From assembly GCA_038087875.1 (NCBI GenBank), contig CM075988.1, forward strand, positions 25,484,001 through 25,548,000: DNA of 64,000 bases. Reading direction: 5' to 3'. How positions within the stretch are numbered: the stretch's first letter is position 1; each line of letters begins with the position of its first letter. The stretch is from Malacoraja senta (Eukaryota). The notes beneath the pieces are model-generated. The model made no database searches. It was not told the origin of the DNA and saw nothing but the letters and a program-made list of their open reading frames with translations. Below, in pieces: positions 35,041-49,722 of this stretch. The position numbers were made by a program, and so were the translations under genes.

Positions 35041-38000
35041 TTGTTGCCTTTTGTTTTAAACATGTAGTTCTGGTCTTGTTAATATTGTACAATTGCTTGT
35101 GATCAAAGGAGAAACTGCAAATATTGATTCAATGGGTATGTCTCTATTTGGAGTGATCAATGAGTCCATGATATTACTTTGACTTTAAACAGAAGGGCAA
35201 GGCTGAGTTCAGAGACACAGATCTCCAAGGAATAAAGTCCTGCACTCCAAGGAATAGAGTCCTAGCCAGCTCAAAACACAATGATACAACTTACATACAA
35301 CTAACCTGATCCCACCCAAGGATAAGAGGAAGCTTGGATTCCCTGTCCTTGATCAAAAAATTCCTACTCTGCTGGTTAAAACTTAAAATATTTAAACAAA
35401 GTTATTCTTAGTCATTGTCATACTTCATGGAAACTGACGCTTCAGCCCAACTTGCCCACGCCGACCAACATGTTCCATCTTCACTAGTCCCACCTCCCTG
35501 CGTTTGGCCCATATCACTCGAAACCTATCCTATCCATGTACCTTCTAAATGTTTCTTAAACGTTGCAATAGTACCTACCTCAACGGCAGCTTGTTCCATA
35601 CTCACCACCCTTTGTGAAAAAGTTACCCCTCAGGTTCCTATTAAATCATTCCCCCTTCATCTTAAATCTATGTCCTCAGGTTCCCAATTCCCCCAAACTG
35701 GGCAAGAGACTGTATGTGTCCACTCCTATTCCTCTCATGATTTTGTACACCTCCAAGATCACCCCCATCCTCCTGTGCTCCAAGAAACAGAGTTCTAGCC
35801 TGCTCAACATCTCCCTACAGCCGAGGCCCTAGAGTCCGTGCAACATCCTCGTAAATCTTCCCTGCACCATTTCCAGCTTGTCAACATCTTTCCTTTCACA
35901 TGGTGCCCAGAACTGAATACAATGCTCTAAATGCAGTCTCACCAACATCTTTTATAACTGCAACGTGACCTCCCAATTTCAATACTCCCAAGTTGTATAC
36001 CACCATTCTTGTATGGTAATTGACTCCACAATCTCCACTGAGATTTGAGTAAAGATCTGCTCTAAAGCAAAGTAGTTGATACGGAGGGATAAATGTCTTT
36101 TAAATTGTGCATATAGTTTTATTTTCACTTGCTCTCAACTGCTACTGCAGCATAATGTAATAATGTTCATGTTGTCTGTACAACGCAACAGATTCTGGTA
36201 ATAACTGTCACACATTTGACATAATCCTTCCATTTTTCAGCATCCATGATTGCTAATGTTACAGTTACTGAAAATAAGTGTCAAGGTTTTGGACCTCATG
36301 TATTTACATTGATCACTATTCATTAATAAACTGCACAGCACATGAATGTTTTTTTTTGCTCCTCACACCTACAATCATGGCAATTAATCTAAACCTGACC
36401 AATGTTCCTTGATGTCTGAAATAAATACATGTGTGGAAGTGACAATTATAACAGAAATATTTAACTAAAGGATGATTATTGCTATTTCACTGCCTGCCAC
36501 AATATAGGCACTACTGCACTGCAAGACTATTTGTGATTCAATCCAGTCTGTACTTTTATTAACTTCAAACAGTTTAATTATTATTTTCAATACAGATGGA
36601 CGGGTGCTGTGCCATTGGCCTAAGTAAAAGTTTACAGTACTGCTGTGCCATATTAGGGGCTTACATAATTTGACATAATCCTGAAATAATCTGCACATTT
36701 TCAAACCAATAGCCACAGTAAGCATCTAGTTGTATTTAACAACCTATTTACAAGCACCACAGTCTTGTAGTCGTACATATGACGTGGCCTGCACAAGGAT
36801 TTGCAGCAGCATATTGGAGTGAACATTAATTCTCATAAAACTCTTTGTCTAACATACTGAGAATGGCAGAGCAAGATTCCTTCAAAATAAAGTATTCAAA
36901 TTGTATGCAAATAGTCCCTTTATGAACAGATTCAGTGGCAATAAACAGTGTGTTTTTCTTCCTGCACAGAGGGAGAGAATATAACTCCTGAAAGCTTTGC
37001 ACATACGACCCTTATGCTAAGACACACTACGTATGTGTGTGTGTGTGTGTGTACACTATTGGGTACCATTAGTAAGTAAAGTACGTAAACAAATGAACAA
37101 GCTTCTTTTTGTTGAAAATATTTTGTGCTTAAGAATGGGGGTAATCATCATGTCAAGTACATTAAGTCTATCTATTCCTGATGCCCACTTAGAATGAAGC
37201 ACTCCCGCAACTGCAATGAGCTCCCGTTATGGCTAAGATTCCCTTTATTATCCAACAAAGTTTGTCCCCAAACTCAGTACCTCCTATTCCAGAAGGCACA
37301 ATTTTATCTCTCACTAGGTGCATTGTAAATCTTTCCATGGCATATATTAATAGTTCATTAAGCCATCCAGGAATCATAAAGCTAATTGTTTTAACAGTAC
37401 TGAGTTACAGTCAACTTTGTAATACAGCTCCATCTAAAATCATATCACATTGGATCACTGCAGAACATGGAAGATGTTCTCCGTCAGAATTTAATTTGGA
37501 GCCCGTTTCTCAAAGGAAAAGACCATATGCTGATTTTACATATCCCCGTCTTATAAAGAACATCTTTAATTATAATGGGAAATAGGAGTTTTCAATTGAA
37601 AGAGCAAGTCAGGGATCAATATGAGCACACAGCCTTCACGGCAGTCAGACTCCGCTGTTTTGCAATTAATAATAACAAAAGTAATTTGAGGGTTTTATTC
37701 TTCAATAATGAGTAGACTACATAGAGTTCAGAAGAAAAGGCAGGTCTCCATGGTTTAAAAAAAAAAACAGGAAAGTAAAATAAAATAAACACAGCTAAAC
37801 CCAATAATTACATAACTTTTATTACTCAGAGAATGACGAGACTGAATTTCATTGTGCATGGTGCAATTATGATGATTAGTTCTGATCCATTTAAGAAGAG
37901 AAACTAATGAGGAGGAATAAAAGAATATGCTAAACCAGGTGAGATAAAGTAAGACGAGGTTCTGGACAAGCAGAAACAGACACAAAAACTGTTGAATAAA

Positions 38001-38377
38001 ATGGCCCGTTACTCCGCTGTAGAAAATGTAAAGCACAAACTATATAATAATTTATGTGTAGTTTTGTACATGGTTTCAGATTTTGACCACTGTGTAAAGC
38101 AAGCCCCATCTCTGGTCATGACAAATATAAATATGTGCATGGTGGGAAGAGGAAAAAAGTAAACCACGTGTATCATTCGAAAGACTGATGTTATGACTGG
38201 ATGGCATAAGGCAACAGCTATGATCAATGTAAACATGGCTACAAAATTACATTCCAAAATAAGTGTCCCTTTTGTCAGAGCTTTCTAAAGAAATCATTGT
38301 TGTGATTTATTTATTTTTCTTATTAAATGAGAGCAACCCCAGAAGTTGTTTAGTGGAACGGACAATGGCATTATTAA

Positions 38378-38543
38378 TCAGAGGCTCCAAAGCATTGCCA
38401 CAGCTTTGCAAATCCCCACATCATGATAATTGAAGTAGCATAGACCGGCGAAAGTGACAGCTGACAATATCTGGAGGCCTATCCTGGCCAGCTTCACTTT
38501 TGCCTCTCCGTGTACGTAATCTGTGACTATTTGCCCAAGGCCC
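38378..38543 (-). CDS. SDHD: SDHD exon 4
   Basis: tttcag|G GGC CTT GGG CAA...; [54 protein letters not shown]; 166 nt. Confidence 0.97.
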
Positions 38544-39161
38544 CTGAAAGGAAACAGACAGATTAAAAAAAAAAAAATAGGTTAACCACCATGGGATATA
38601 AGCAGACATTGAGGTTAGACACAAAATACTGGAGTAACTCAGTGGGACAGACTGCATCTCTGGATAGAAGGAATGGTTGACGTTTCGGGTCGGGACCCTT
38701 CTTCAGAGCTTGCACAGTGTTCAAATCAATGGTGAGTGCAGATATTTTTCTGTGGTATGTGAACCAGCCTGTTTTCCCAAACTTTATTTTAGGATATTGA
38801 AATAATGGGTCATAGTTCCAGTCTATTGTGGTGTCGATACTGTGATGTTAGAATCAGATTATTTTCAACCAGTAAGTTAATTAGAGAATATTTTGAGAAT
38901 CTTCATACTATTTGGTAAGCCAGAAATAAAAATCAAAAGAGTACAGGAGCAACAGTTTAGTAACATGTTTGGAAAGATTTTGGGTTCTGAATAAAACGCA
39001 GACCAGAAAGAACAAGCACAATATTAAAAGGATGATCAGGGGTGTAATAATTATGGAAGACTTGAACCTTTGTGTATATTGGGAGATCAAATTGGGATGA
39101 ATAGCCACAAAAAACAAATTCACAGAGTGCATTAAAGTACAAGATTCAAAAAAGGCCTTAC

Positions 39162-39306
39162 CAGTGACCATGGAGAGTGATTGCTGCAGCCAGTGAGTAA
39201 TCCATGACAGATCCTGGGTAGATGTAGGCTGCAGGGAAAAGGCCAAGTAAGGCGACACTGACTATCCGTTCACTAGTCCAGTGTGCAGAAGCAGCTTTTG
39301 AACCAG
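39162..39306 (-). CDS. SDHD: SDHD exon 3
   Basis: cttag|CT GGT TCA...CAC TG|gtaagg; [49 protein letters not shown]; 145 nt; includes the heme-ligand HGHW motif. Confidence 0.97.
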
Positions 39307-39721
39307 CTAAGAGAGAAGACAAGACAAAACAAGGTTCTCTAATTTCAATAACAATCATCACATAATTAAACCGGGCCACATCTCAATGAATGCCAGTGCC
39401 CTTGGGAGTGTGATTAAACAGCGAGACCGTGGAAGGGGTACATGATCCATGAAAGTGATGACACAGGTAGGTAGAGGAAGGCAGCAACTTGTTATTCTTA
39501 TGTTATTCCCTTTATCCTGTATCTGTACACTGAGGGCGGCTTGATTGTAATCGTGTATAGTCTTTCCGCCGACTGGATACTGTGCAGCAATAAAGCTTTT
39601 CACTGTACCTTTGTAACTGTGACAATAAGTTAAACTAAACTATTAAGAAACAGAAGGGCCTTCATGGACAAGTCCAAGGATCCGAGAAGGTGGCGAGAAA
39701 GACAAATTAGATACTTGCCCT

Positions 39722-40519
39722 GTGGGAAACTAGGGGGCGCCGTCCTGTGTGGTATGGCTGCCCAGCTTGCAGCTGTCCGTTTTCATCTTTTTTGAAATTT
39801 TTAGTTAGTTAGTTGTTTTGTTTTTTAGGAGTTCTATTCTTTTTTATGTGGGGGGTGGGGGGGGAAGGGGGAAACTACTTTCTAGGGTCCCTACCTGGTC
39901 GGAGAGGCAGCTTTTCTCCGGGCTGCACTTTCGACCCGTCCTCGCGGCCTACCAGCGGGCCTGGAGCGGCGTTTCCTGAGGGGACTGCCCAGGACCTCGG
40001 CTTCAGCACAGCACTGGAGCGCTATCGCGGAGCGGGCGATGCCTTGCCCGGGTCGCCACGCTGGAACTCCGGTGAGCTGGGACCGCCGGTGAACATCGCG
40101 GAGCTGCAGGTCTGTGGAGCGGCCAGCGGCGCTGAACATTACATCGGGAGCCTGGGATCTCTCGCCGAGATCGCCAGTGGTGGAGCTCCATCCAGTTGGC
40201 TTAGGAAGCCGCGGCCGTTTAAGGTGTCCCAAGCCGCTGAGAGGGTTCTCCTGACGCCGGAGCACCATCACCCGGCGAAGAAGGGCCTGTAACATCGGCC
40301 CCCATAGTGGCGACTGTGGAGGCCTATATAGGCCCGACTATGGGTGGACATGGGGATAGGGACTGGACTTTGTGCCTTCCCCCACAGTGGGAACCATTGT
40401 GGGGGGATGTTTTTATGTTTTATGTTAAATTTCTTTAATGTTGTGTCTATTTGTGCTGCATGGCAAGACAAATTTCACTACACCATTTGGTGTATGTGAC
40501 AATAAATGTCCTTTGTCCT
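39722..40519 (+). mobile_element. CpG-rich non-autonomous retroposon inserted into a CR1 fragment in SDHD intron 2
   Basis: Target duplication ttgccct at 39715-39721 and 40520-40526; 3' end gtatgtgacaataaa(tgtcctt)n; the host CR1 sequence resumes after the insert. Confidence 0.75.
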
Positions 40520-41607
40520 TTGCCCTCATTAGCCTAGGCATAGAATGCAAGACCAGGGAGGTTATGGTAAAACTTTAAAATACATTTGTTTAGCCACAAG
40601 TGGAATAATATTGGGTTTGGTTCCAGTTATCACTCTATAAGAAGGATATAATTACACCGGAGAGAGTGTAGAGGAAAGTCATCAGGATGTTGTTTAAGTT
40701 GGAGCATTTAATTTATGTGGAAAGACTGTTTGTTTTCATAAGATCATAAGTGATAGGAGCACAATTAAGCCATTCGGCCCATCGAGTATATTCCACCATT
40801 GAATCGTGGCTGATCTATCTCTCCCTCGTAACCCCATTCTCATGCCTTCACCCCATAAGCTCTGACACCCTTACTAATCAAGAATCTATCAATCTCTGCC
40901 TTAAAAATATCCAATGACGGCCTCCACAACCTTCTGTGGCAAAGAATTCCAGTCACCTCCCTGAAATTCCTCATCTGTTTCCTAAAAGAACCTCCTTTAA
41001 TTCTGAGGCTATGACCTCTAATCATAGACTCTCCCACAAGTGGAAACTTAGCTATGACCTCTAGTCCTAGACTCTCCCACTAGTTGGGCCAATGAATTCC
41101 CTCTTAAATGTTATCTATTTTTGCTTTCCATGTGGTATCTAGATTACCTGATCTTCTGCATTTTTGGTATGGAATACATTGCAGCAATGTAGAACTATAC
41201 CAAGTTCAGCCTTTGCTGCAATCTATTTGCAGCACATTTTATTGAAATTACTCAAGCTGGAAATCTGCACAGAACAAGCTAGATTTTCATGTAGAATAGA
41301 CTGTTGCACATACTTTGTGATGCCTTGGAGATGGTTTCTCTATAATATAAATGGAAGAGTTTTCATAGCAAAACAAGAGAACTGATTTACACAGAACAAA
41401 ATTCAAAATTGGTTCAGATATTTGGTTCATATTTTTCTCTGTCGTTTCCATCTTTTATTTTAAATTTCTAATTTCCAGTAAGGATGTACCTGCATTGTCA
41501 GTGGTAGCAAGGAAAAATACTAAGATATGTTTATATCACCAGTTTGGAATCCACTAATTGAAGGAAATACTTTGTACACCCCTCATGCTTCACATAACCC
41601 AAGGCCA

Positions 41608-41878
41608 GCAGGGTGGCGCAGCAATAGAGTTGCTGCCTTCCAGCGCTAGCAGCCTGGGTTCGATCTGGGTGCCGTCTGTACGGAGTTTGTACATTCTCCC
41701 CATGATTGCGTGGGTTTTTGCCAAGATCTTCCCACACTCCAAAGATGTACAGGTTTGTAGGTTAATTGGCTTGGTGTAGGTGTAAATTGTCCCTAGTGTG
41801 TGTAGGATAGCGTTAATGTGCAGGGATCGCTGGTCGGTGCGGACTCGGTGTGCCGAAGCTGTATCTCTAAACTAAACA
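41608..41878 (+). mobile_element. V-SINE (HE1-like) in SDHD intron 2
   Basis: tRNA-like head, V-domain, (aaact) tail. Confidence 0.8.
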
Positions 41879-41960
41879 AAATAACTCTCTCCTAAGCACC
41901 CCACAGAAACAAATCTTGGCCTTGCCATCAATAAAAAAAATCCCACACTACGACACTTAC

Positions 41961-42071
41961 CAAAATGGCAAGGAGATGTGTGAATCCGAGATAAGAGTAG
42001 CCCATGTGATTCCTGGGTCTTTCTTGAAGCAATAAGAGGCCCAGCCACCAATGACTTGCATAAGAATGGTG
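41961..42071 (-). CDS. SDHD: SDHD exon 2 (transit peptide)
   Basis: tttctag|CA CCA...TTT G|gtaagt; SPFLCKSLVAGPLIASRKTQESHGLLLSRIHTSPCHF; 111 nt, phase 1-1, in frame with exons 1 and 3. Confidence 0.9.
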
Positions 42072-43094
42072 CTAGAAACAAGGAAGAAAAAGGCATTAAA
42101 CTTGTTTGTCAATCTGAGAGCAAACCACAAGACACTCTCAAGACGGACTTACTCTGTTACTGATTGTCTATAAATAAAACCTATAACAAAGATGTTTGGA
42201 AAACCTTTGTTCATGCAATGTAGAAATTGGAATGGGTGCTACAGGATCAAATGTAAGCTCGACAAAAAACTGCCCATCTTTCATTTGGCCAGGTCACAAC
42301 TTTCCAGAATAAACATCAGATTCTGTAACTTTATGTAATAAACCCTTTGCTGGACACACCACAGTATACAAGAACAACATCAGCAAGAAATTGCACAGCC
42401 AGAACTTATAACACTTTAGTCGTTGGACAGTCTCATCTTCATTTCTCTCCAGTAACCCTTCATGGCTTTTGAGCACTCCTACAAAATCACATCTCAATCT
42501 CTTCCACCTCACAGTAACTGCTAAATGCCTTGTGCCGAGTCAAGACTTAAATCCATTTAAGATGATTACACTCTATACTGAGATTTAAACTCGTTAATAC
42601 TGATTATATGCTACACCGAGTCTGAGGAAGTGTGAAAGGTCGCCTGCAAAACTTCCCCTCCACAGATGGAGCCTGACCCACAGAGTTACTCCAGCACTTT
42701 CTGTTTTACAAACAACAATTGCACGCTGTACTAAGATTTAGACTCAGGAACAGCGATCATAATGGTGCACCCAGGCAGGGTGACGGCGTTGCCACAGCAA
42801 CCATGGCACAGCCAGAGTCGCCTTCCCACGGTGGGCTCGCCTTCCCACTGCTCTCTGACAGTGGGTTGTAGTTAACTGTGCAGGAAGGAACTGCAGATGC
42901 TGGTTTACACCGAAGACTGACAAAAAAACTGGAGTAACTCAGTGGGTCAAGGCCGCATCTCTGGAGAAAAGAATGGGTGACGTTTCAGGGTCGTTCAGAC
43001 CCTTCTTAGTTTAATTTATTGCCACGTGTACCGAGGTACAGTGAATAGCTTTTGTTGCGTGCTAACCAGTCAGCAGAAAGATTATACAAAGATT

Positions 43095-43753
43095 ATACTG
43101 GACAAGCTAGATGCAGGAAAAATGTTCCTAATGTTGGGTGAGTATAGAACCACGGGCCACAGTCTTAGAATAAAGGGGAGGCCATTTAAGACTGAGGTGA
43201 GAAAAAACTTTTTTGTGAATTTGTGGAATTCCCTGGCACAGAGGGCAGTGGAGGCCAAATCACTGGATGGATTTAAGAGAGAGTTAGATAGAGCTCTAGG
43301 GGCTAGTGGAGTCAAGGGATATGGGGAGAAGGCAGGCACGGGTTATTAGAAACATAGAAACATAGAAATTAGGTGCAGGAGTAGGCCATTCGGCCCTTCG
43401 AGCCTGCACCGCCATTCAATATGATCATGGCTGATCATCCAACTCAGTATCCCGTACCTGCCTTCTCTCCATACCCTCTGATCCCTTTAGCCACAAGGGC
43501 CACATCTAACTCCCTCTTAAATATAGCCAATGAACTGGCCTCGACTACCCTCTGTGGCAGAGAGTTCCAGAGATTCACCACTCTCTGTGTGAAAAAAGTT
43601 CTTCTCATCTCGGTTTTAAAGGTTTCCCCCCTTATCCTTAAGCTGTGACCCATTGATTGGGGACGATCAGCCATGATCACAATGAATGGCGGTGCTGGCT
43701 CGAAGGGCAGAATGGCCTCCTCCTGCACCTATTTTCTATGTTTCTATGTTTCT
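43095..43753. mobile_element. Nested CR1 3' fragments: minus-strand copy (about 43348-43651) inserted into a plus-strand copy
   Basis: The outer copy breaks at gggttatt and resumes at attgattggggacgatcagcc; the inner copy is reverse-oriented with an (agaaacat)n tail. Confidence 0.85.
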
Positions 43754-44103
43754 AATAACATGATGACAATCGGGCCGTCCACAGCGTACAGATATACACG
43801 ATAAAAAATAAAGCACGTTTAGTCAACTCTATAAAGACACAGAAAAGCCGGAGTAACTCGGCGGGACGGGCAGCATCTGTGGAGAGAAGGAACGGGCCAG
43901 ACTGAAGAAGGGTGTCAGCCTGACCCAGAAGCATCCTCCTCCACAGATGCTGCCCGGCCCGCTGAGTTACTCCGGCTATTCTTCAGAATGAGAGTCTGTC
44001 GCCGCGCTCCGACAGACGACAGCGGGCGGACTCTGATGGCAATCCGATGAAGTACCCTCCACCCGCCACCTTGTCCCACAGATGGGAAGGAACGGACACT
44101 TAC

Positions 44104-44152
44104 ACTGAAGGCCGCGCCTGCACAGCGCGCTCAGCCTGACGACCGCCGCCAT
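44104..44152 (-). CDS. SDHD: SDHD exon 1
   Basis: aacATGGCG...CAG T|gtaagt; MAAVVRLSALCRRGLQ. The four exons sum to 471 nt, i.e. 156 aa plus stop. Confidence 0.93.
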
Positions 44153-44270
44153 GTTGGCATCACCCACCAAGGTCACCCCGCCGGAAGTAGTTGTCGGGCC
44201 ACGCCCTGCGCATGCGCCGAGCCGCGGAGGTTTCTGGGTCTTGTAGTTTAGAACACCGTGACCTTTTGGT
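44145..44270 (-). promoter_or_regulatory. SDHD proximal promoter with YY1, ERR, ETS/GABP and NRF1 motifs
   Basis: GCCGCCATGTTG (YY1-like, overlapping the ATG) 44145-44156; CAAGGTCA 44168-44175; CCGGAAGT 44181-44188; TGCGCATGCGC 44207-44217; a second GTGACCTTT near 44258. Confidence 0.75.
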
Positions 44271-45139
44271 TTTAATAATAATAATAATAATAATAATAAG
44301 TTCAAGTTCAAGTTTATTCGTGAAATGAAAAGTGGCAATGCTCGCGGGCTTTGTGCAAAAAAACAAACAAACAAACTACAAACAGAATGGAACAGAATCA
44401 CATATTATTTTACAATAAATACACTTAATGTAGCCACCAAATGAGTACAGGTGCGCTACACACCAAAGGGACTGTGAAATAGACAGAAGAATGTGGGTTT
44501 TTTTTCATGTTATTTATTTTAGTTGTTTATCTTAGACTTTTGCTCTAAGAAAATGTGTGACTGGTGCACTGACTGGTTGGCATTTCTAATTCCGTTGTAC
44601 ATGTTTACATGTTATAATGACAATAAAGTATTCATTCATTCATTCATATTACATATTGTGGGAGGAAGGAAAAAGAAGGAAAAAAAAAGGATAAATATAT
44701 AAATAAATAATAATATCTTTTATTGTCATTGCACATAGGTGCAACGAGACTTGGTATGCAGCTTCCATCCGATGTCATAACTGAAACTACTAATAAAATT
44801 TAGATACCCCGAGAAACATGATTTATAAAAAAGGACAGTGAAACAGTAAAACAGTTTAAAGTGCAAACAGTTTTAAAGTCTCATTCTTTTTTTCTCGTCG
44901 CCTGTACTTCCATTTTTTTGTTTTCCCCTCTCCCCACTTTTCCGAATGCAACAGCCATGTGGCTGCAAAGTGAGTTTCTTGAGGAAACTAAATTTTCCAA
45001 GATTTAGCAAACAATTCTCAGAGGGAAAACTTGTCCAAGGTGAAATCAGTTTATTTTTGGTTTATTGTCAAGAGTCAAGAATGTTTTATTGTCATGTGTC
45101 CCAGATAGAACAATGGAATTCTTACTTGCTGCATTAAAG

Positions 45140-45460
45140 GGAGTTGAGGGCAACCTTGGGCCGGGGGCTCAAGCATCATTCTGACCAATGTACAATCATT
45201 GGAGCACAAGATAGAAGATCTAAGAGCAAGACTGCTGTGTCAGAGGAACATGAGTGACTGCTGCTTACTCTGTTTCACAGAGACCTGGCTCATCCCGAAC
45301 TCACCAGACTTCGTGCTCCTGCCTGAGGGTTTCTCCATCCACAGTGATGTAAGGAGAAGAAAGAAGTGGCGGCATCTGCTTCATGTTAAACTTGTGTTAC
45401 TTGGACTTAGCGATCTTGACCCATTCCTGCTTCCCCGACCTGGACCAAATGACATTTAAG
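45140..45460 (+). mobile_element. LINE apurinic-endonuclease fragment (Rex1/Babar-like)
   Basis: NVQSLEHKIEDLRARL...DCCLLCFTETWL motif. Confidence 0.7.
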
Positions 45461-45494
45461 TGCCAATCACTCTCTTATTGAAGGAGCTCTCTGC

Positions 45495-46392
45495 ACACAC
45501 ATACATATATATATATGTGTGTGTGTGTGCAGAGAGCTCCTTCACACATACATATATACACACACATATATATGTACATATATACACATACAGATATATA
45601 TACATATATATACACATATAACTAACACATATATATACGCACACACGTGTATATACGCACACACGTGTATATACGCACACACGTGTATATACGCACACAC
45701 GTGTATATACGCACACACGTATATATACGCACACACGTATATATACGCACACACGTATATATACGCACACACGTATATATACGCACACACGTATATATAC
45801 GCACACACGTATATATACGCACACACGTATATATACGCACACACGTATATATACGCACACACGTATATATACGCACACACGTATATATACGCACACACGT
45901 ATACACACACACACGTATACACACACACACGTATATACACACACACGTATATACACACACACGTATATACACACACATGTATATACACACATACGTATAT
46001 ATACACACATACGTATATATACACACATACGTATATATACACACACATACATATATATACACACACATACATATATATACACACACATACATATATATAC
46101 ACACACATACATATATATACACACACATACATATATATACACACACATACATATATATACACACACATACATATATATACACACATACATATATATACAC
46201 ACATACATATATATACACACATACATATATATACACACATACATATATATACACACATACATATATATACACACACATATATATACACACACACATACAT
46301 ATACACACATACATATACACATATATATATATACACATATATATACACATATATATATATACACACACATATATACACACACATATAGATAT

Positions 46393-46431
<39 letters not shown>

Positions 46432-46516
46432 TATACACATATATACACACACATATATACACACACATATATACACACACATATATACACACACATATAT
46501 ATATACATATATATAT

Positions 46517-46615
<99 letters not shown>

Positions 46616-46618
46616 TAT
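45495..46618. repeat. Compound (TA)/(CA) satellite with 18-20 bp higher-order units
   Basis: For example (gtatatatacgcacacac)n and (acatatatatacacacacat)n, then (TA)n. Confidence 0.97.
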
Positions 46619-47169
46619 GCAGTTTCAAGTACAGGCAGGGCAGCAGGCCAAACAACTCATGCCATTGTCATTTCATTTCATTTCATTTCATTTCATTTCC
46701 AATTAAGCATTGCACTTTCAAGCACAGGCAGGGCAGCAGGCCAAACAACTCATGGCATTGTCATTAAGGGCCAACAAATCATTTATTGCAAGTACATTGC
46801 AGACTCACAGTTCAGTTGATTCACAGCTTAGAATGACAGTCGTAGCCTTTCCCTCGCAATCTTGCAGATTGACTGACTCACATCCAGGCATCCGGTGTTT
46901 TATAGTCCTGCCCCCCCCCCCCCTCCCACTCCGGAATGGGCGTTACCTTCATCGCGGTGATTGACAGGCAAGAGGACCAATCATCTGATCTCAAGGTTTT
47001 TTAAACACTTATAACATTTTTATTTTTCATCGATGGGAAAAATCCTCGGGGCTGGCTCAGCGGAGGAGGACTGTAGTAAGATGGCCAAAAATCACAGCTA
47101 TGCAGGGTAGCCTTTTTTCTAAAATCAATATACAGCACAGACAGGAAGTGGTCAAGATGAGACTTTTAA

Positions 47170-49532
<2,363 letters not shown>

Positions 49533-49534
49533 AG

Positions 49535-49719
49535 TCAGTGAGTGGGAATGTGGCGCTGCCCTCTGACCCGGCGGGGTGCGCGCTTCCGCTTGGAGACGTG
49601 GCCGCCGCCGCTGCCATATTCCGGGCGCTGAGTGATTACCTGCCGTCTCTCCCTCTACTCTCCCCCACCGCCACACCACCTTCGGCCATCCCGAGAAGAG
49701 GCTCGCAGACGTCGCGGAG
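49535..49719 (+). promoter_or_regulatory. ARCN1 CpG-rich promoter/5'UTR
   Basis: CpG-rich block with an ETS-like CTTCCG (about 49583) and a YY1-like GCCATATT (about 49613), immediately upstream of the ATG-only exon. Confidence 0.7.
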
Positions 49720-49722
49720 ATG
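49720..49722 (+). CDS. ARCN1: ARCN1 exon 1 coding part (ATG only)
   Basis: cggagATG|gtaagc in a CpG island; joins in phase 0 to [10 protein letters not shown]. Human ARCN1 likewise has an ATG-only first coding exon (recalled). Confidence 0.85.
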
